Assembly: GCA_026415655.1 (NCBI GenBank) | Contig: JAOAGR010000004.1 | Location: 43-64,042, forward strand | DNA from: Candidatus Dojkabacteria bacterium | Lineage (GTDB): Bacteria > Patescibacteriota > Dojkabacteria > JAOAGR01 | DNA: 64,000 nt | Direction: 5' to 3' | In this document: one piece after another, positions 21,646 to 32,894 of the stretch | How the letters are laid out: every line of letters starts with the position of its first letter | How positions within the stretch are numbered: position 1 is the stretch's first letter | Made by a program: the position numbers and the translations under genes | The notes under the pieces: generated by a model | Told to the model about the DNA's origin: nothing | Database searches by the model: none | What the model saw: only the letters and a program-made list of their open reading frames with translations

Positions 21646-22880
21646 ATGAGTAAATTATATATTAAATCAGTATTTTTTATCTCTTGAAAGTTAAAACCAG
21701 CTTGCAACATCTTTTCATCAAGCATCTGCGCTGATTCTTTTGTGTCAAACTCTATACCTATCAATACCGGTCCCTTTTCTTTATTATTTTTCTTTATATA
21801 TTCAAAAAGTACAATATCATCATTCGGACCAAGTACATTATCGATGAATTTTCTTAGTTGGCCTGGCTTTTGAGAAAATTGTACAACAAAATACCTTTTT
21901 CTTCCCTCCCAAACTAGTTTTCTTTCCATGATTTCTTGATACCTCAGCAAATCATTATTCCCACCACTAATTACACAAACTACGTCTTTTCCATCTAATT
22001 TGTCCTGCATGGTTTCAAATCCAGCCACAGAAACAGCACCAGCAGGTTCTGCAACAATACCTTCGTTTTGATATAAATCAACCATGACTTTACAGATATG
22101 TCCCTCATCTACAAGTATGATCTCATCAACATATTTTTTCACAATTTCAAAAGTATTCTCACCTACTCGTTTTACAGCAACACCATCAGCAAAAGTATCT
22201 ATTTGATCAAGCTCAACAATTTTTTGTGATTTTATAGACTCATGCATGCTTGGGCAACCTCTTGGCTCCACTCCAATCACTTTGATATTAGGATTCATGG
22301 ATTTCAAAGCGATGCTTACACCACTTATTAGACCCCCACCACCTATCGGCATAAATACATAATCCGGCATTACATCAAGCTGATTGATTATCTCCAATCC
22401 TACCGTTCCCTGTCCAGCAATGACATATTCATCATCAAAAGGATGCACGTAAATTTTATTATGTTTTTTTGTGTATTCTTTAGCGGCTTTACTCGCCTCG
22501 TCATATGTATTCCCTTCTAGAACTATCTCTACAAACTCTTTTCCAAAAAATTTTACGCGTTGGATTTTCTGATTTGGTGTTGTCTGCGGCATGAAGATAG
22601 TTGCCTTAATCTTGTTTTTATAACAAGAATAAGCTACCCCTTGTGCATGATTACCTGCCGATGCACAAACAACCCCTCTCTCTTTCTCTTCATCAGAAAG
22701 ATGATAAATTTTATTATATGCGCCTCGCAACTTGTAAGACCTGACAATCTGCAAGTCTTCTCTTTTAAACCAAATATTTGTATTATCATTTGATAATCTT
22801 TCAATCCTTTCTGTAGGAGTTTTTTTTACAATTTTGGAAAGAACATTATTTGCATTAATTATATTAGTTATGGTTACCAT
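21642..22880 (-). CDS. ilvA: Threonine ammonia-lyase with C-terminal regulatory domain
   Basis: KREDLQ..RSYKLRGA, SAGNHAQG, GGGGL, EPAGA, SGGN, Q.PGQLR. Confidence 0.95.
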   Translation of the reverse strand: MVTITNIINANNVLSKIVKKTPTERIERLSNDNTNIWFKREDLQIVRSYKLRGAYNKIYHLSDEEKERGVVCASAGNHAQGVAYSCYKNKIKATIFMPQTTPNQKIQRVKFFGKEFVEIVLEGNTYDEASKAAKEYTKKHNKIYVHPFDDEYVIAGQGTVGLEIINQLDVMPDYVFMPIGGGGLISGVSIALKSMNPNIKVIGVEPRGCPSMHESIKSQKIVELDQIDTFADGVAVKRVGENTFEIVKKYVDEIILVDEGHICKVMVDLYQNEGIVAEPAGAVSVAGFETMQDKLDGKDVVCVISGGNNDLLRYQEIMERKLVWEGRKRYFVVQFSQKPGQLRKFIDNVLGPNDDIVLFEYIKKNNKEKGPVLIGIEFDTKESAQMLDEKMLQAGFNFQEIKNTDLIYNLLI

Positions 22881-22910
22881 TTGATTATTTTATCAGAAAT
22901 ATTAATATGA

Positions 22911-24425
22911 TTATAATTCTTGCAATTCCTTACAAACAAAATAATTGTCTTTTATATAGGATAAAACAAAGTAGATAAAAGCACATATAGCAATGAATAA
23001 CATAATACTTATTTGTTCTAATGATAAAATATTAAACGATTCTAAAAATTTCGTATTTTCATAAGAATAATTATCAAAAAAAACATAAAGTTGATTCAGA
23101 AAAAATAAAATATGAATTATAGAAATAATTAAAACTATAAAGGCGAATCTGAATTTATCTAACAATCTAGAATTTTTATATAAAGCAAAGGAAAATATAG
23201 TCATTGGTATTAAGGCATAAATCAAATATCGCGAATGCATTTTTGTAGATGTATACAAGAAAAATATTAAATAGACAAAGTAGATTAACATAATTAAATA
23301 CTTTCTCTTGGGATGTGGTGATTTGACCAGTTTATAGACAACATATGCCAATGGTAAAAAGATGATCGCATTGATAACATAAAATAGAATTTTTACATTT
23401 ACACCCAAAATAAAAGCATCAGAAGTAGGCATTTCCGAGATAAATCCAAATATAAGCCAAAAATTGGCAGCATACATAGAAACAACATCATCTTTAGTAA
23501 GAAAACCTAATATGTTATTTGCATAAAGTGTTAAATTTATATTTAAAAAAATATTCAATATACTGATTATCCCAATAAATAAACCTGAGGAAAATTGTAT
23601 AGATCCGTTTTTTAAATTATATAAATAAATGATCAAAACTATACTTAAAAGGTAAACGATCAAAGACAAAGATTGCAGATTTAAATAATTAAAGAGTACC
23701 ATTAAACCTATTAAGAAAATAAACAGTATCCATATAAATATGTTCTTTTTAATCAATATTTGATTAAAGTCCCTATTTAATATGTAAAAAATAATTGGAA
23801 GATAGATAAGAACATGCACTTTAAAATTCAACAAAACGGCAAATACAATGCCCCAAAGAAAATACTCCCAATCATTCATTTCGCCTAAAATTCTATTAAA
23901 TAAAGTAAGAATAACTAGCATTATCAAAACATCTAATTGCCCCCACATAACACTAATGCTCCATATTGAGGGGAGCACAAAAAACAATGAGGATATAAAG
24001 ATTTTTAATGGTATTGATTTTATGCCTATCCTATTTAGTAATTTATAAACTACTAAAATCAATAACAAATCGCTAATTCAATTGATAAACTTAAGTGTAA
24101 GTACGAATCCTAACTGTGGCTCAAGGTTAAATAAATTAGTAATTGGTTTAGATAAAATGTATACCAAGTAAATATAACCGACACTAGCTGGTAGATAATC
24201 AAAATAATCTATTTCATAATTTTTAGACAAATCTTCAAAATATTGCCAAAACGGTATATATCCATTTTCATCTATGATTTTGGCCCAATTATACATCGTA
24301 TAGACTGTGTCAAAATAAAAACCATAGTTATAAATAGTCTTTATTCTAAAATATAATCCTAAAACAAAGATCAAAATAACACAGAAATAAAATAAAAATT
24401 TTTTACTAAAAATATACTTTATCAC
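22911..24425 (-). pseudogene. GT-C-fold polytopic glycosyltransferase-like protein with in-frame TGA (24078-24080)
   Basis: DYLP, WGQLD and MHSRY motifs; LKFIN*ISDLL is continuous in frame (likely TGG to TGA); probable GTG start at 24425 (TATAAT-N7-GTG). Confidence 0.75.
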
Positions 24426-24458
24426 AATCGATATTATAAAATACTTGTAAATATACAA

Positions 24459-25754
24459 ATGAAAAATAAAAAAATAGCGAATTATAAATGCTCTAATTGT
24501 GGCGCTAGATATATAGCATGGCAAGGTCAGTGTCAAAACTGTGGTGAATGGAATACAATAGTCTACGAAGAAAATCAGTACAATTTAACCCCTGCACACC
24601 TCGAAATATCCTCAATACAAATCAAAAGAAACGATAATTATAGAGAACTAATAAAGACTTCATTAGACAGTTTTAATAATTTACTCGGCGGTGGAATTCA
24701 TACGGATCAAATTATTCTGATAGGAGGTGAGCCCGGCATAGGAAAATCTACTTTGATGCTACAAATGATTAAAAATATACAATACCCTACTCTATATATT
24801 TCTGGAGAAGAATCTGCTGATCAAATAATACATAGAGCTTTAAGAATAGGAACTGAAGAAAATTATTTAAATCTACTGATAGATAATAGATCAGATATAC
24901 AAAATATTCTTTCAAACATCGAAAGTAAAAAATTTAAGCTAGTCATAATAGACTCAGTTCAAACTATCACTGATGAAAATCTTCCATATCAAAGTCAGAG
25001 TACAAATAATATTAGACTCTTTGTTGAAAAGATCGTCGAATATGCAAAAAAATACGGAGTCTCAATTATTTTAATAGGCCAAATAACAAAAGATGGGCTC
25101 TTAGCAGGTCCCAAATTGTTAGAACATATGGTAGATACCGTAATCTATTTTGAGGGTGATAAATACAACGACTTTAGGATACTGAAAATCACAAAAAATA
25201 GATTTGGACCATCAAATGAAATAGCTATATACGAAATGACCGAATCTGGTCTAAAAGATATAGATGATATTGACTCTTTTTTTTCTTCGGGCGATTCTAC
25301 CTCCGAAGGTGTTGCATTGACAGTATATTCTGAAGGATCAAAAGTTTTTTTATTGGAAATACAAGCTTTATGTACTAAAGCTTCTTATAATTTTCCCAAA
25401 AGGGTAGCCAATGGTATAGAACAGAAAAGATTAGAAATGCTTATAGCAATAATGGACAAAAAACTTAAACTTAATATGGAAAGATTTGATGTATTTGTAA
25501 ATGTTGTCGGGGATATAAAAATAGAGGATCGTAGTACTGATCTAGCTGTTGTTGCAGCAATATTTAGTTCAATAAAAAACCGTCCGTTACCTGAAAAATC
25601 ATGTTTTATAGGAGAAGTATCGCTTACAGGGAGTATTAGAAAAGTAAATAATCACGAAAAGCGAATAAAAAAAGCTAAAAAGATGAATTTAAGTAAAATA
25701 TTCGATTTTCAGACATACCCAAACATTACAAATTTTGCAACTTTATTTGATTAA
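24459..25754 (+). CDS. radA: DNA repair protein RadA/Sms
   Basis: C4 zinc finger, GEPGIGKST, KNRFG, Lon-like C-terminal domain. Confidence 0.96.
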   Translation: MKNKKIANYKCSNCGARYIAWQGQCQNCGEWNTIVYEENQYNLTPAHLEISSIQIKRNDNYRELIKTSLDSFNNLLGGGIHTDQIILIGGEPGIGKSTLMLQMIKNIQYPTLYISGEESADQIIHRALRIGTEENYLNLLIDNRSDIQNILSNIESKKFKLVIIDSVQTITDENLPYQSQSTNNIRLFVEKIVEYAKKYGVSIILIGQITKDGLLAGPKLLEHMVDTVIYFEGDKYNDFRILKITKNRFGPSNEIAIYEMTESGLKDIDDIDSFFSSGDSTSEGVALTVYSEGSKVFLLEIQALCTKASYNFPKRVANGIEQKRLEMLIAIMDKKLKLNMERFDVFVNVVGDIKIEDRSTDLAVVAAIFSSIKNRPLPEKSCFIGEVSLTGSIRKVNNHEKRIKKAKKMNLSKIFDFQTYPNITNFATLFD

Positions 25755-25776
25755 TTCATGATAAAATTATTTCACA

Positions 25777-25867
25777 GGAGAGATGACCGAGTGGTTTAAG
25801 GTGCCGCTCTCGAAAAGCGGTGTGCTCTTTTTGGGCACCGTGGGTTCGAATCCCACTCTCTCCGCCA
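25777..25867 (+). tRNA. tRNA-Ser(CGA)
   Basis: GGAGAGA/TCTCTCC acceptor, CCGCT-CTCGAAA-AGCGG anticodon arm, long variable arm, encoded CCA. Confidence 0.97.
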
Positions 25868-26070
25868 AATAAAAAAAGAGCCCGCTGGCCCGCTAGCCGA
25901 TTTTGACCGCAAAATTGAATTTTCTATCTTTGTCCTGCAAAGCAGGAAGCCAGAAACGGGTTTTTCATTCTTTTATTTTCTTTGCTTGTTTTTAACATTT
26001 ATTTGGTATCATTATACTGAAAGTAAGAGTAGTTAACGTTACAACAATATACTATCAAATTATTGAAAAT

Positions 26071-26276
26071 ATGGTAAAAGAAAATATAATTGGAGAAAAT
26101 ATAAAGAAATACTCCACAAAACAAGGTTTGTCACAGGAAAATTTTGCTAAAAAAGCCGGCGTCAAATATACTACTTTAACCAAAATTGAAAGCGGAGTTA
26201 TCAAAAACCCTCTGTTTTGGTAATAGCTAAAATTGCCAAGGCATTAGGAGTTCATCTTGAGGAGTTAATAAAATAA
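26071..26276 (+). pseudogene. XRE-family HTH controller (C-protein-like) with a 1-bp frameshift near 26210
   Basis: MVKENIIGENIKK..GLSQENFAKKAGV..TLTKIESG.IKNP, then SVLVIAKIAKALGVHLEELIK* in the next frame; directly upstream of the REase. Confidence 0.85.
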
Positions 26277-26280
26277 AACT

Positions 26281-27162
26281 ATGCAAACACTTTGGAATCA
26301 AAATCAAGAAAAGGATTTCTTTATTAAATCTTTAGAGTTCGCAAGCCCGGAACAACTTTTTTATATCACAAAAGATAAAAGATACTTAGCTTATTGGCCT
26401 AAAAATTATGATGGTGCAAAAACAACATTACAGAGCAGAAACTCCTTAATCGGTTCTTATACGGAAAAATGGGCCACTGATTTATTTAGCGAAATAGCAA
26501 AGATGGTCGGTGGCTACGCTGTGCAAGGAGTAATCGCCGAAGAAATAGGATTAACTAATCAATCGCCGGCAGATGTTGCTATTTGTAAAACAAAGAATGT
26601 TATCCAAAAACCAGAAAATATTTTAATGATCATTGAAGTTAAAATGTCCGTAGTTTGGAATTGGGAGTTTTCGCCAAAAAACAAAAATTTAGTTTGCATT
26701 GGTGACTATAAAACCCATCAAGGTAACCCTGGACTTTTGCGGTCAGACACAATTCTAAAAGCCATTGGCAAAAGTATCAATATTCGTGTTTCAAGTTTTG
26801 CCGCTTCGAAAATTCCGATTATTATTGTTGGCAATACGCCAATTACAAAAAGCTATTATGAAAAAGTAGATCACTTAAAAAGAAACGGAATCATACAAGG
26901 TTTTTGGTCAATAAATCCAAAGCCACTGGACAATAACGGAGAAAACATTAAATCAACGTCCTTTGAAGGATTTTACAGATTTGACGGATACGAAGAATTA
27001 AAACAACACGCCATCAATCTTTTGAAAGAAGAAAGAGAATTTTTCTCTAGCATGCAGACACGAAAAAAACTGGGAAAAATTATTGAGATAGCAAACAAAG
27101 AAGCTACTTATGAAGCAAAGGCGCAAAAATTCTTGGTATTGTTACGTCAATCAAAAGAATAA
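26281..27162 (+). CDS. Putative Type II restriction endonuclease (PD-(D/E)XK)
   Basis: PAD...IIEVK motif; lies between a C-protein remnant and an m4C MTase. Confidence 0.7.
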   Translation: MQTLWNQNQEKDFFIKSLEFASPEQLFYITKDKRYLAYWPKNYDGAKTTLQSRNSLIGSYTEKWATDLFSEIAKMVGGYAVQGVIAEEIGLTNQSPADVAICKTKNVIQKPENILMIIEVKMSVVWNWEFSPKNKNLVCIGDYKTHQGNPGLLRSDTILKAIGKSINIRVSSFAASKIPIIIVGNTPITKSYYEKVDHLKRNGIIQGFWSINPKPLDNNGENIKSTSFEGFYRFDGYEELKQHAINLLKEEREFFSSMQTRKKLGKIIEIANKEATYEAKAQKFLVLLRQSKE

Positions 27163-27171
27163 ATCATCACT

Positions 27172-28116
27172 ATGAGCAATCAAAGTTTCTACAATAAAAG
27201 AAGAGAAGGAACAAAAACCAGTGCTTTTGGCACGCCGGGCAGAATTAACCATGACTCGTCAAAATTTTATAACAGCAAACTTTATGAGGGATTGAATAAT
27301 GGAAAAAATGTTGAGTATGTGGAAAATCAAATTGATCCTCAAAATATAAATAAAGTTTTTTGTAAAAGTAGCGAAGCTATGTCAGAACTTCCGGACAATA
27401 GTGTTCACTTAATGGTTACTTCGCCGCCCTACAATGTGGGTAAAGAATATGACGAAAACTTATCTCTCAAAGAATATAGGGATTTATTAAAACGAGTATT
27501 CAAAGAGACGTATAGAGTTTTGGTTCCTGGCGGTAGGGCATGTATAAATGTTGCTAATCTCGGGAGAAAACCCTATTTACCCCTCCACAGCTATATCATT
27601 GAGGATATGCATAATATTGGTTTTTTAATGAGGGGTGAGATTCTTTGGGATAAAGGAAGTAGCGCTAGCCCTTCTACTGCTTGGGGAAGTTACCTAAAAG
27701 CAAATAATCCGGTATTGCGAGATATTCATGAGTATATTCTTGTTTTTTGCAAAGATACATTCACCAGATTAAACCCACACAAGAGGAAAAGCACTATCTC
27801 AAAAGAAGAATTTTTGGAATTTACAAAAAGCATTTGGAAATTCGCCGCAGAGCGAGCCTCAAAAGTAGGACACCCCGCACCTTTTCCCATTGAACTACCT
27901 TATCGCTTAATTCAACTTTACACTTTTGAGGGCGATGTCGTTTTAGATCCATTTGTTGGAAGCGGAACAACTTGCATCGCTGCGTTAAAAACCAACAGAA
28001 AATATGTTGCTTATGACATTGATAAAAAGTACTGCGATTTGGCAGAACGGAGAATAAAGCAATTTTTACAGAAACAAACAACACTTTTTTCAAAAGAATT
28101 TGCCGCCAAAGAGTAA
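27172..28116 (+). CDS. N4-cytosine (or N6-adenine) DNA methyltransferase, beta class
   Basis: TSPPY precedes DPFVGSGTT; HPAPFP motif. Confidence 0.92.
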   Translation: MSNQSFYNKRREGTKTSAFGTPGRINHDSSKFYNSKLYEGLNNGKNVEYVENQIDPQNINKVFCKSSEAMSELPDNSVHLMVTSPPYNVGKEYDENLSLKEYRDLLKRVFKETYRVLVPGGRACINVANLGRKPYLPLHSYIIEDMHNIGFLMRGEILWDKGSSASPSTAWGSYLKANNPVLRDIHEYILVFCKDTFTRLNPHKRKSTISKEEFLEFTKSIWKFAAERASKVGHPAPFPIELPYRLIQLYTFEGDVVLDPFVGSGTTCIAALKTNRKYVAYDIDKKYCDLAERRIKQFLQKQTTLFSKEFAAKE

Positions 28117-28261
28117 AATTGTTGGAATTTTACTCACGGATTATTGCCCGCTAAAAACTTGAAATCGTCCTTTTCGCTTCTATCTTCGTTCGACAGGAAA
28201 AATGATTCTGTAAGTAACATTTCCCCTACTTGAGTCAATTAACCACAGAAACATTATCTTC

Positions 28262-29509
28262 CTATTGGTTACTATTGTCTTCAGATGCAATATTATTATC
28301 AACTATCTTTGTTCTGTTTAATTTTTTAGATATGAATAATTTATATATAAAATAAATCAATAAACACAATACAATAAATCCTAATGTATAAAAAATCAAA
28401 TTAATATCTATCTTGTTATTATTTTTATTCCACAATGATTGCTCTTTCACCAAATCAAAGTATATTGTTTGACCTAGTCCATCTTTTGTCGCTTCAACTA
28501 GTTCTCCGGGATTAATTATCTGTTTTTGCTCAGAAAATTTGCTAATGAATTCTACCTGTCCTTCTAATACACTAACATTAGATATAGTTCCATTTTCTTC
28601 TAAAACAAATTTCGTTCCTTTTATCCCCAATACGGCTTGGCTCATTTCTACATCCATAGACCCTTCATTAATCACTTTTTTAACATTGTTATATAATTTT
28701 CCAATTAGTATCTGAAATAAACTGTCCCCTTTTTGTTTTGACGGTAAAACAATTATTGTCTCGTCATACGGATACATATTATCTGGAGTTCTCATTTCAT
28801 AGGGTTCAGAACCGGGAAAAGCAAGAATTATTCCACTATTTTCTTTCAATTTTAGTTTAGCCCCATAAGGTAATTGCATATCTAATTTTGCAAAATTCCA
28901 GGCATCTGGATTGTCATACAAAGGTTCGCCATTCTCATCATAACCTGTTGGTAAAAGTACTTCTACTTCACCATATATATCAGAAAACCTTACTCCAGAA
29001 TCATTAGAATCTATTTCCGATTCTTTTTGATCTTGTATGTTCTCACTTATACGTATTAAGCTAAATGGTAATGGACCATAACCGGTCGGTGTTCCATCTT
29101 CTAGACAATTTTTAAAATGCAATGTTACTTCTTTTGTGTCCTTTTCTATTATCGTCGAACTAAACTCACATCTAGTCTCACGATTAATAGGACCTTCAAC
29201 ACCATGATTAACTACATCTTGCATCTCCCCAACTAATATTTTCTCTTTTGGTAAAAACTCCCCCTTTAATGAAAAAAACGATTTCCCTGCATATCTTGTA
29301 TTGATATATCCTGTAGGATGTATATATTCTATATAATAATCAATTACCCCATTTTCTACCTTGATATTATCAATTATCAATTTACGATCTAATCCTGTTG
29401 CATATTCTCCTTTTGCTTTTAACACAAAATCATAAGTGGCTTGTGGATATGAATTGTTGAAAATTATCAAAATTGAGAAAAGAAAAGTTAAAAATATTAA
29501 CTTTATCAT
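28262..29509 (-). CDS. Secreted, C-terminally anchored FecR-domain protein
   Basis: Signal-like N-terminus, AVLGIKGTKF...VSVLEGQV FecR motif, C-terminal TM. Confidence 0.7.
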   Translation of the reverse strand: MIKLIFLTFLFSILIIFNNSYPQATYDFVLKAKGEYATGLDRKLIIDNIKVENGVIDYYIEYIHPTGYINTRYAGKSFFSLKGEFLPKEKILVGEMQDVVNHGVEGPINRETRCEFSSTIIEKDTKEVTLHFKNCLEDGTPTGYGPLPFSLIRISENIQDQKESEIDSNDSGVRFSDIYGEVEVLLPTGYDENGEPLYDNPDAWNFAKLDMQLPYGAKLKLKENSGIILAFPGSEPYEMRTPDNMYPYDETIIVLPSKQKGDSLFQILIGKLYNNVKKVINEGSMDVEMSQAVLGIKGTKFVLEENGTISNVSVLEGQVEFISKFSEQKQIINPGELVEATKDGLGQTIYFDLVKEQSLWNKNNNKIDINLIFYTLGFIVLCLLIYFIYKLFISKKLNRTKIVDNNIASEDNSNQ

Positions 29510-29842
29510 ATATAATAATATTATCACTATAAAAAACATCTTCAATGTATATTTCCAAGAGTATTATTCAATTATTAAAATATGTTTAAAGTAAAAATAA
29601 ATTATTTTTAAATCTATTTTTAGAAATACATTCTGATAATATATTACTTACACTAAAATAACTGATATTACGCCACAAGCTACATTATTTTTGGTGGAAA
29701 ACCGCATTAGAATTTAATAAATAAGTTCTTAATATCAAAAATTGCTAACTAATAATACTAAACAAATTTTGTTTAAATCGAATACGTTATACAATTTATC
29801 AATGTCAAATTTTATAATATCAAACTTTAATTTATATTTTAT

Positions 29843-30955
29843 ATGATGACAGGATGTAGAAAAATATATGAAATCACAGTATATTCTTTAGGTACTCTTA
29901 TCGTGTTGTTTCTGTTGTTTGTAGTAATTATATTTTTATCTTGGTCTGAAAACAAAACAGATCTTTCTAATATTGCAAAAGATGCAATAACTATACCATC
30001 CAATAAAATAACCGAAGATGCTAGTTTAAAAGGTCAACTTGTGTCTATTACTGGTGTAGCAAAAACCGATGAACTAATAGGAGATGGTCTTTATCTTAAA
30101 CCTGGTAAATACATTGCCGTAAGAAGAAAAGTTGAAATGTATGCATGGCATACTAAAAGAGGTACATTTGCTAGCTTATCATGGAAAGAAAATCCTAAAA
30201 AATATCCAGCAATTGGATACGAAAATCCTCCGAAAACTATTGAAAGCACAGTTAATTTTGTCACATTAGCTACTATTGGAAAATACAAATTTTTCCCTGA
30301 ACAAGCTATTCTTCCTGAATTTACTCGACTGAAATTAAATAAAGATATCTTAGATCTCGATGATAATGCGGTGATGATAAATGAAGATTATATTTTTGTT
30401 AAAAATAATCCAGATAGCACACCAGAAAATCCAAAACTCGGTGATCTGAGAATCAGCTATTATGTCTTATACTCTGATTTTCTTCAAGGAACATTACTTG
30501 GCGCTCTTTACGATGATCTAATCAGTCAATATATTGACGAACAAGGAAATATAATATATAGGTTATCTAATTCCGAAGAAGATCCTGTAGAAAAATATCA
30601 TGAAGAATTTTCTTTTGAATTATGGTTAAGTAGATTTATTCTATTTTGCGTTACTACATTAGCTTTAGGAATGGGAATATCAATCTATTTTTATTTTGTC
30701 GATTTATTAAACATTGACAGTAGTTATGCGGACAAAAGTTGGCTCAAAGTTTTGATTGTAGCTATATCATCTATGATTCTCATGGCTTTCGGTATTTATA
30801 TTGTAAGAAATATCTCAAATATCCTAACAATAATACTAATGTTCATATCGTCTGGATTATTTGTAATATTCGCAGATGCCATTGCACTTAAATTTATCAA
30901 TAAGCTAACATCAAAACATCGTAGCAAAACCAAGAAAATATCACCTCAAAATTAA
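29843..30955 (+). CDS. TMEM43-family (DUF1625-like) membrane protein
   Basis: N-terminal TM, RRKVEMYAW, P.LGDLRISY, three C-terminal TMs. Confidence 0.8.
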   Translation: MMTGCRKIYEITVYSLGTLIVLFLLFVVIIFLSWSENKTDLSNIAKDAITIPSNKITEDASLKGQLVSITGVAKTDELIGDGLYLKPGKYIAVRRKVEMYAWHTKRGTFASLSWKENPKKYPAIGYENPPKTIESTVNFVTLATIGKYKFFPEQAILPEFTRLKLNKDILDLDDNAVMINEDYIFVKNNPDSTPENPKLGDLRISYYVLYSDFLQGTLLGALYDDLISQYIDEQGNIIYRLSNSEEDPVEKYHEEFSFELWLSRFILFCVTTLALGMGISIYFYFVDLLNIDSSYADKSWLKVLIVAISSMILMAFGIYIVRNISNILTIILMFISSGLFVIFADAIALKFINKLTSKHRSKTKKISPQN

Positions 30956-31060
30956 AATAATTCTTGTCTATAGTGATTTATAACCATTATTTTTATAACA
31001 AAAAATACAATAAATGCAGAAAATTTTACATTAATAAACTTTTTTATTTAAAATACAATC

Positions 31061-32254
31061 ATGCAATTGTGGGGGTGTAAAATTTTAAGCGAAATAGTCT
31101 CTTTTATTGGTGCAATGATTGTTGTTTTTGCTTTTGGCGGAGCTTCGGTATACTGGATGTTTAATAATGAACTTAGTATTGATCTATCTGAAGTAGCAAA
31201 GAAAGCTACTAATATTTCTCCATCCAATCCAAATCTAAATTCTTATTTGAATAACAATTTGATATCTATAAAAGGCAAGATTGAAACTAAACAACTTATA
31301 GGAGATGATCTTTATTTAAAACCTGGTAGATATTTGGCAATATATAGAAAAGTAGAGATGTACTCTTGGGTAACCTATATACCTAGTTGGCGTAGGTGGC
31401 GTGCTTTTAGTACTTATGATACCCGTCTTAGCTGGGAAGAAGAATTAGACGATTATACTAAAAGACGCACAAATAACCCACCAAAACTGTTTGAAAGTAC
31501 AAAAGTATTTGTATCAGAGGCCAATATAGGCCAATTTAAATTTGATCCTAAAAATGCTACTCTACCCGAATTCACCCAATTAAAACTCAGTCCTAAAATA
31601 TTAAACTTAGATAAAAAGGCAATCTTAATGAATGAAAATTATATATTCATTCGTAATAGCCCAGGTGGAACCCCAGAAAATCCAGAAAACGGTGATATAC
31701 GGATTAGTTATTATGTTTTATACCCTGATCTTGAGGGCAACCTATTTGGCAAACTAGATGGTAAATTTATAGGACCTTATCTTATCAATGAAAATAATAA
31801 GATATATCGTGTCTTCAATTCTGATCAAGATCCAATAAAAACTCTTCATGACGAATATATCAATAAGATATGGCCAACAAGGATTTCGACGTTTTTTATT
31901 ACATTGTTGTTTACATATTTGACAATTGAATCATTTTTTAAAATAAAAGATATAATAAACAAAAAACCAAAAAATAATATATTTAATAATATCTATGAAA
32001 AATTTAAAATTATTATCAAAAAAATTGTTCTGAATTCATTATCATCATTATTGATAACCATAGCTCTTATCTTACTCGTGACTGGCAATTATGTAAATAA
32101 TCCAGCTACATTAATTTTTATTTACCTAGTAATGACCATTTTTGCAATAATTACCAATGCAATAATAAGAAATATAATTATTAAACCCCCAAGTAATTAT
32201 TATCCCTGGACCAATAACTATCAACATATAGCCAACAATCCTGTTCAACTATAA
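31061..32254 (+). CDS. TMEM43-family membrane protein, tandem paralog
   Basis: RKVEMYSW, PENGDIRISY; clearly similar to 29843-30955. Confidence 0.8.
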   Translation: MQLWGCKILSEIVSFIGAMIVVFAFGGASVYWMFNNELSIDLSEVAKKATNISPSNPNLNSYLNNNLISIKGKIETKQLIGDDLYLKPGRYLAIYRKVEMYSWVTYIPSWRRWRAFSTYDTRLSWEEELDDYTKRRTNNPPKLFESTKVFVSEANIGQFKFDPKNATLPEFTQLKLSPKILNLDKKAILMNENYIFIRNSPGGTPENPENGDIRISYYVLYPDLEGNLFGKLDGKFIGPYLINENNKIYRVFNSDQDPIKTLHDEYINKIWPTRISTFFITLLFTYLTIESFFKIKDIINKKPKNNIFNNIYEKFKIIIKKIVLNSLSSLLITIALILLVTGNYVNNPATLIFIYLVMTIFAIITNAIIRNIIIKPPSNYYPWTNNYQHIANNPVQL

Positions 32255-32839
32255 TGTTATAAAACATCAATATACAATAATTCCAGAACAACAAAAATAA
32301 TACCAATTATCTTTTCAATAAAAAAAATAATTTCATGTATCTTAAAAAACTTAATATGGATGGAAATATAAAAGAGTGCAATGTCTTTCAGGTATTCTCA
32401 TTCTTACCATCACTGGATTGAGAAATATATCTAAAGAGACTTTATGATAACTCTGTAGCAGTTAACGTAGGTATGGTAGTTGGTTTATTCAAAATTGGTC
32501 ATAATTATTTTTGATTTTTTGTAAAAACGATCTTAGATAGAATTGATCAATACTTTTTAGGCATTCGTAGTAAAACAAAATTATCAAAAAGTATAAGAAA
32601 ATTTAGAAATTGGGATAAATTTGTAACTGCCACCATCCAATCTACCAAATTGAATGATCACAACGATAAATATAACAATACATTCTAAACTCTTTCATCA
32701 AAAGAAAAAAGCTATTTATCTAATGTATCAATCTATCAATAAGACTTTTATAATGTATATCTTAAATTCATTTTATACAAAAATTTTTCGTAACTAAAAA
32801 TTAAACTTGCGAAGATTTAATATAACAGAAGTAAAAATT

Positions 32840-32868
32840 TTGACATACTTCCCTACTTTAACTACAAT
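32840..32868 (+). promoter_or_regulatory. Sigma-70-type promoter for the M20 peptidase gene
   Basis: TTGACA-17 nt-TACAAT. Confidence 0.75.
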
Positions 32869-32894
32869 CTAATAATTCAAAATAAACCAAAATC

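Noticed and set aside
24078-24080. TGA reassignment (genetic code 4 or 25) or other stop recoding
   Set aside because: TGA, TAG and TAA all terminate conserved genes normally (pyrD and galE TGA, ilvD TAG), and the internal stops are rare and of three types
24426-24536. N-terminal extension of the 152-aa ORF overlapping radA
   Set aside because: Antisense to the radA zinc finger; a better GTG start with a -10 box exists at 24425
32255-32830. Possible third TMEM43 paralog or ncRNA
   Set aside because: Only short broken frames with no recognisable motif or structure
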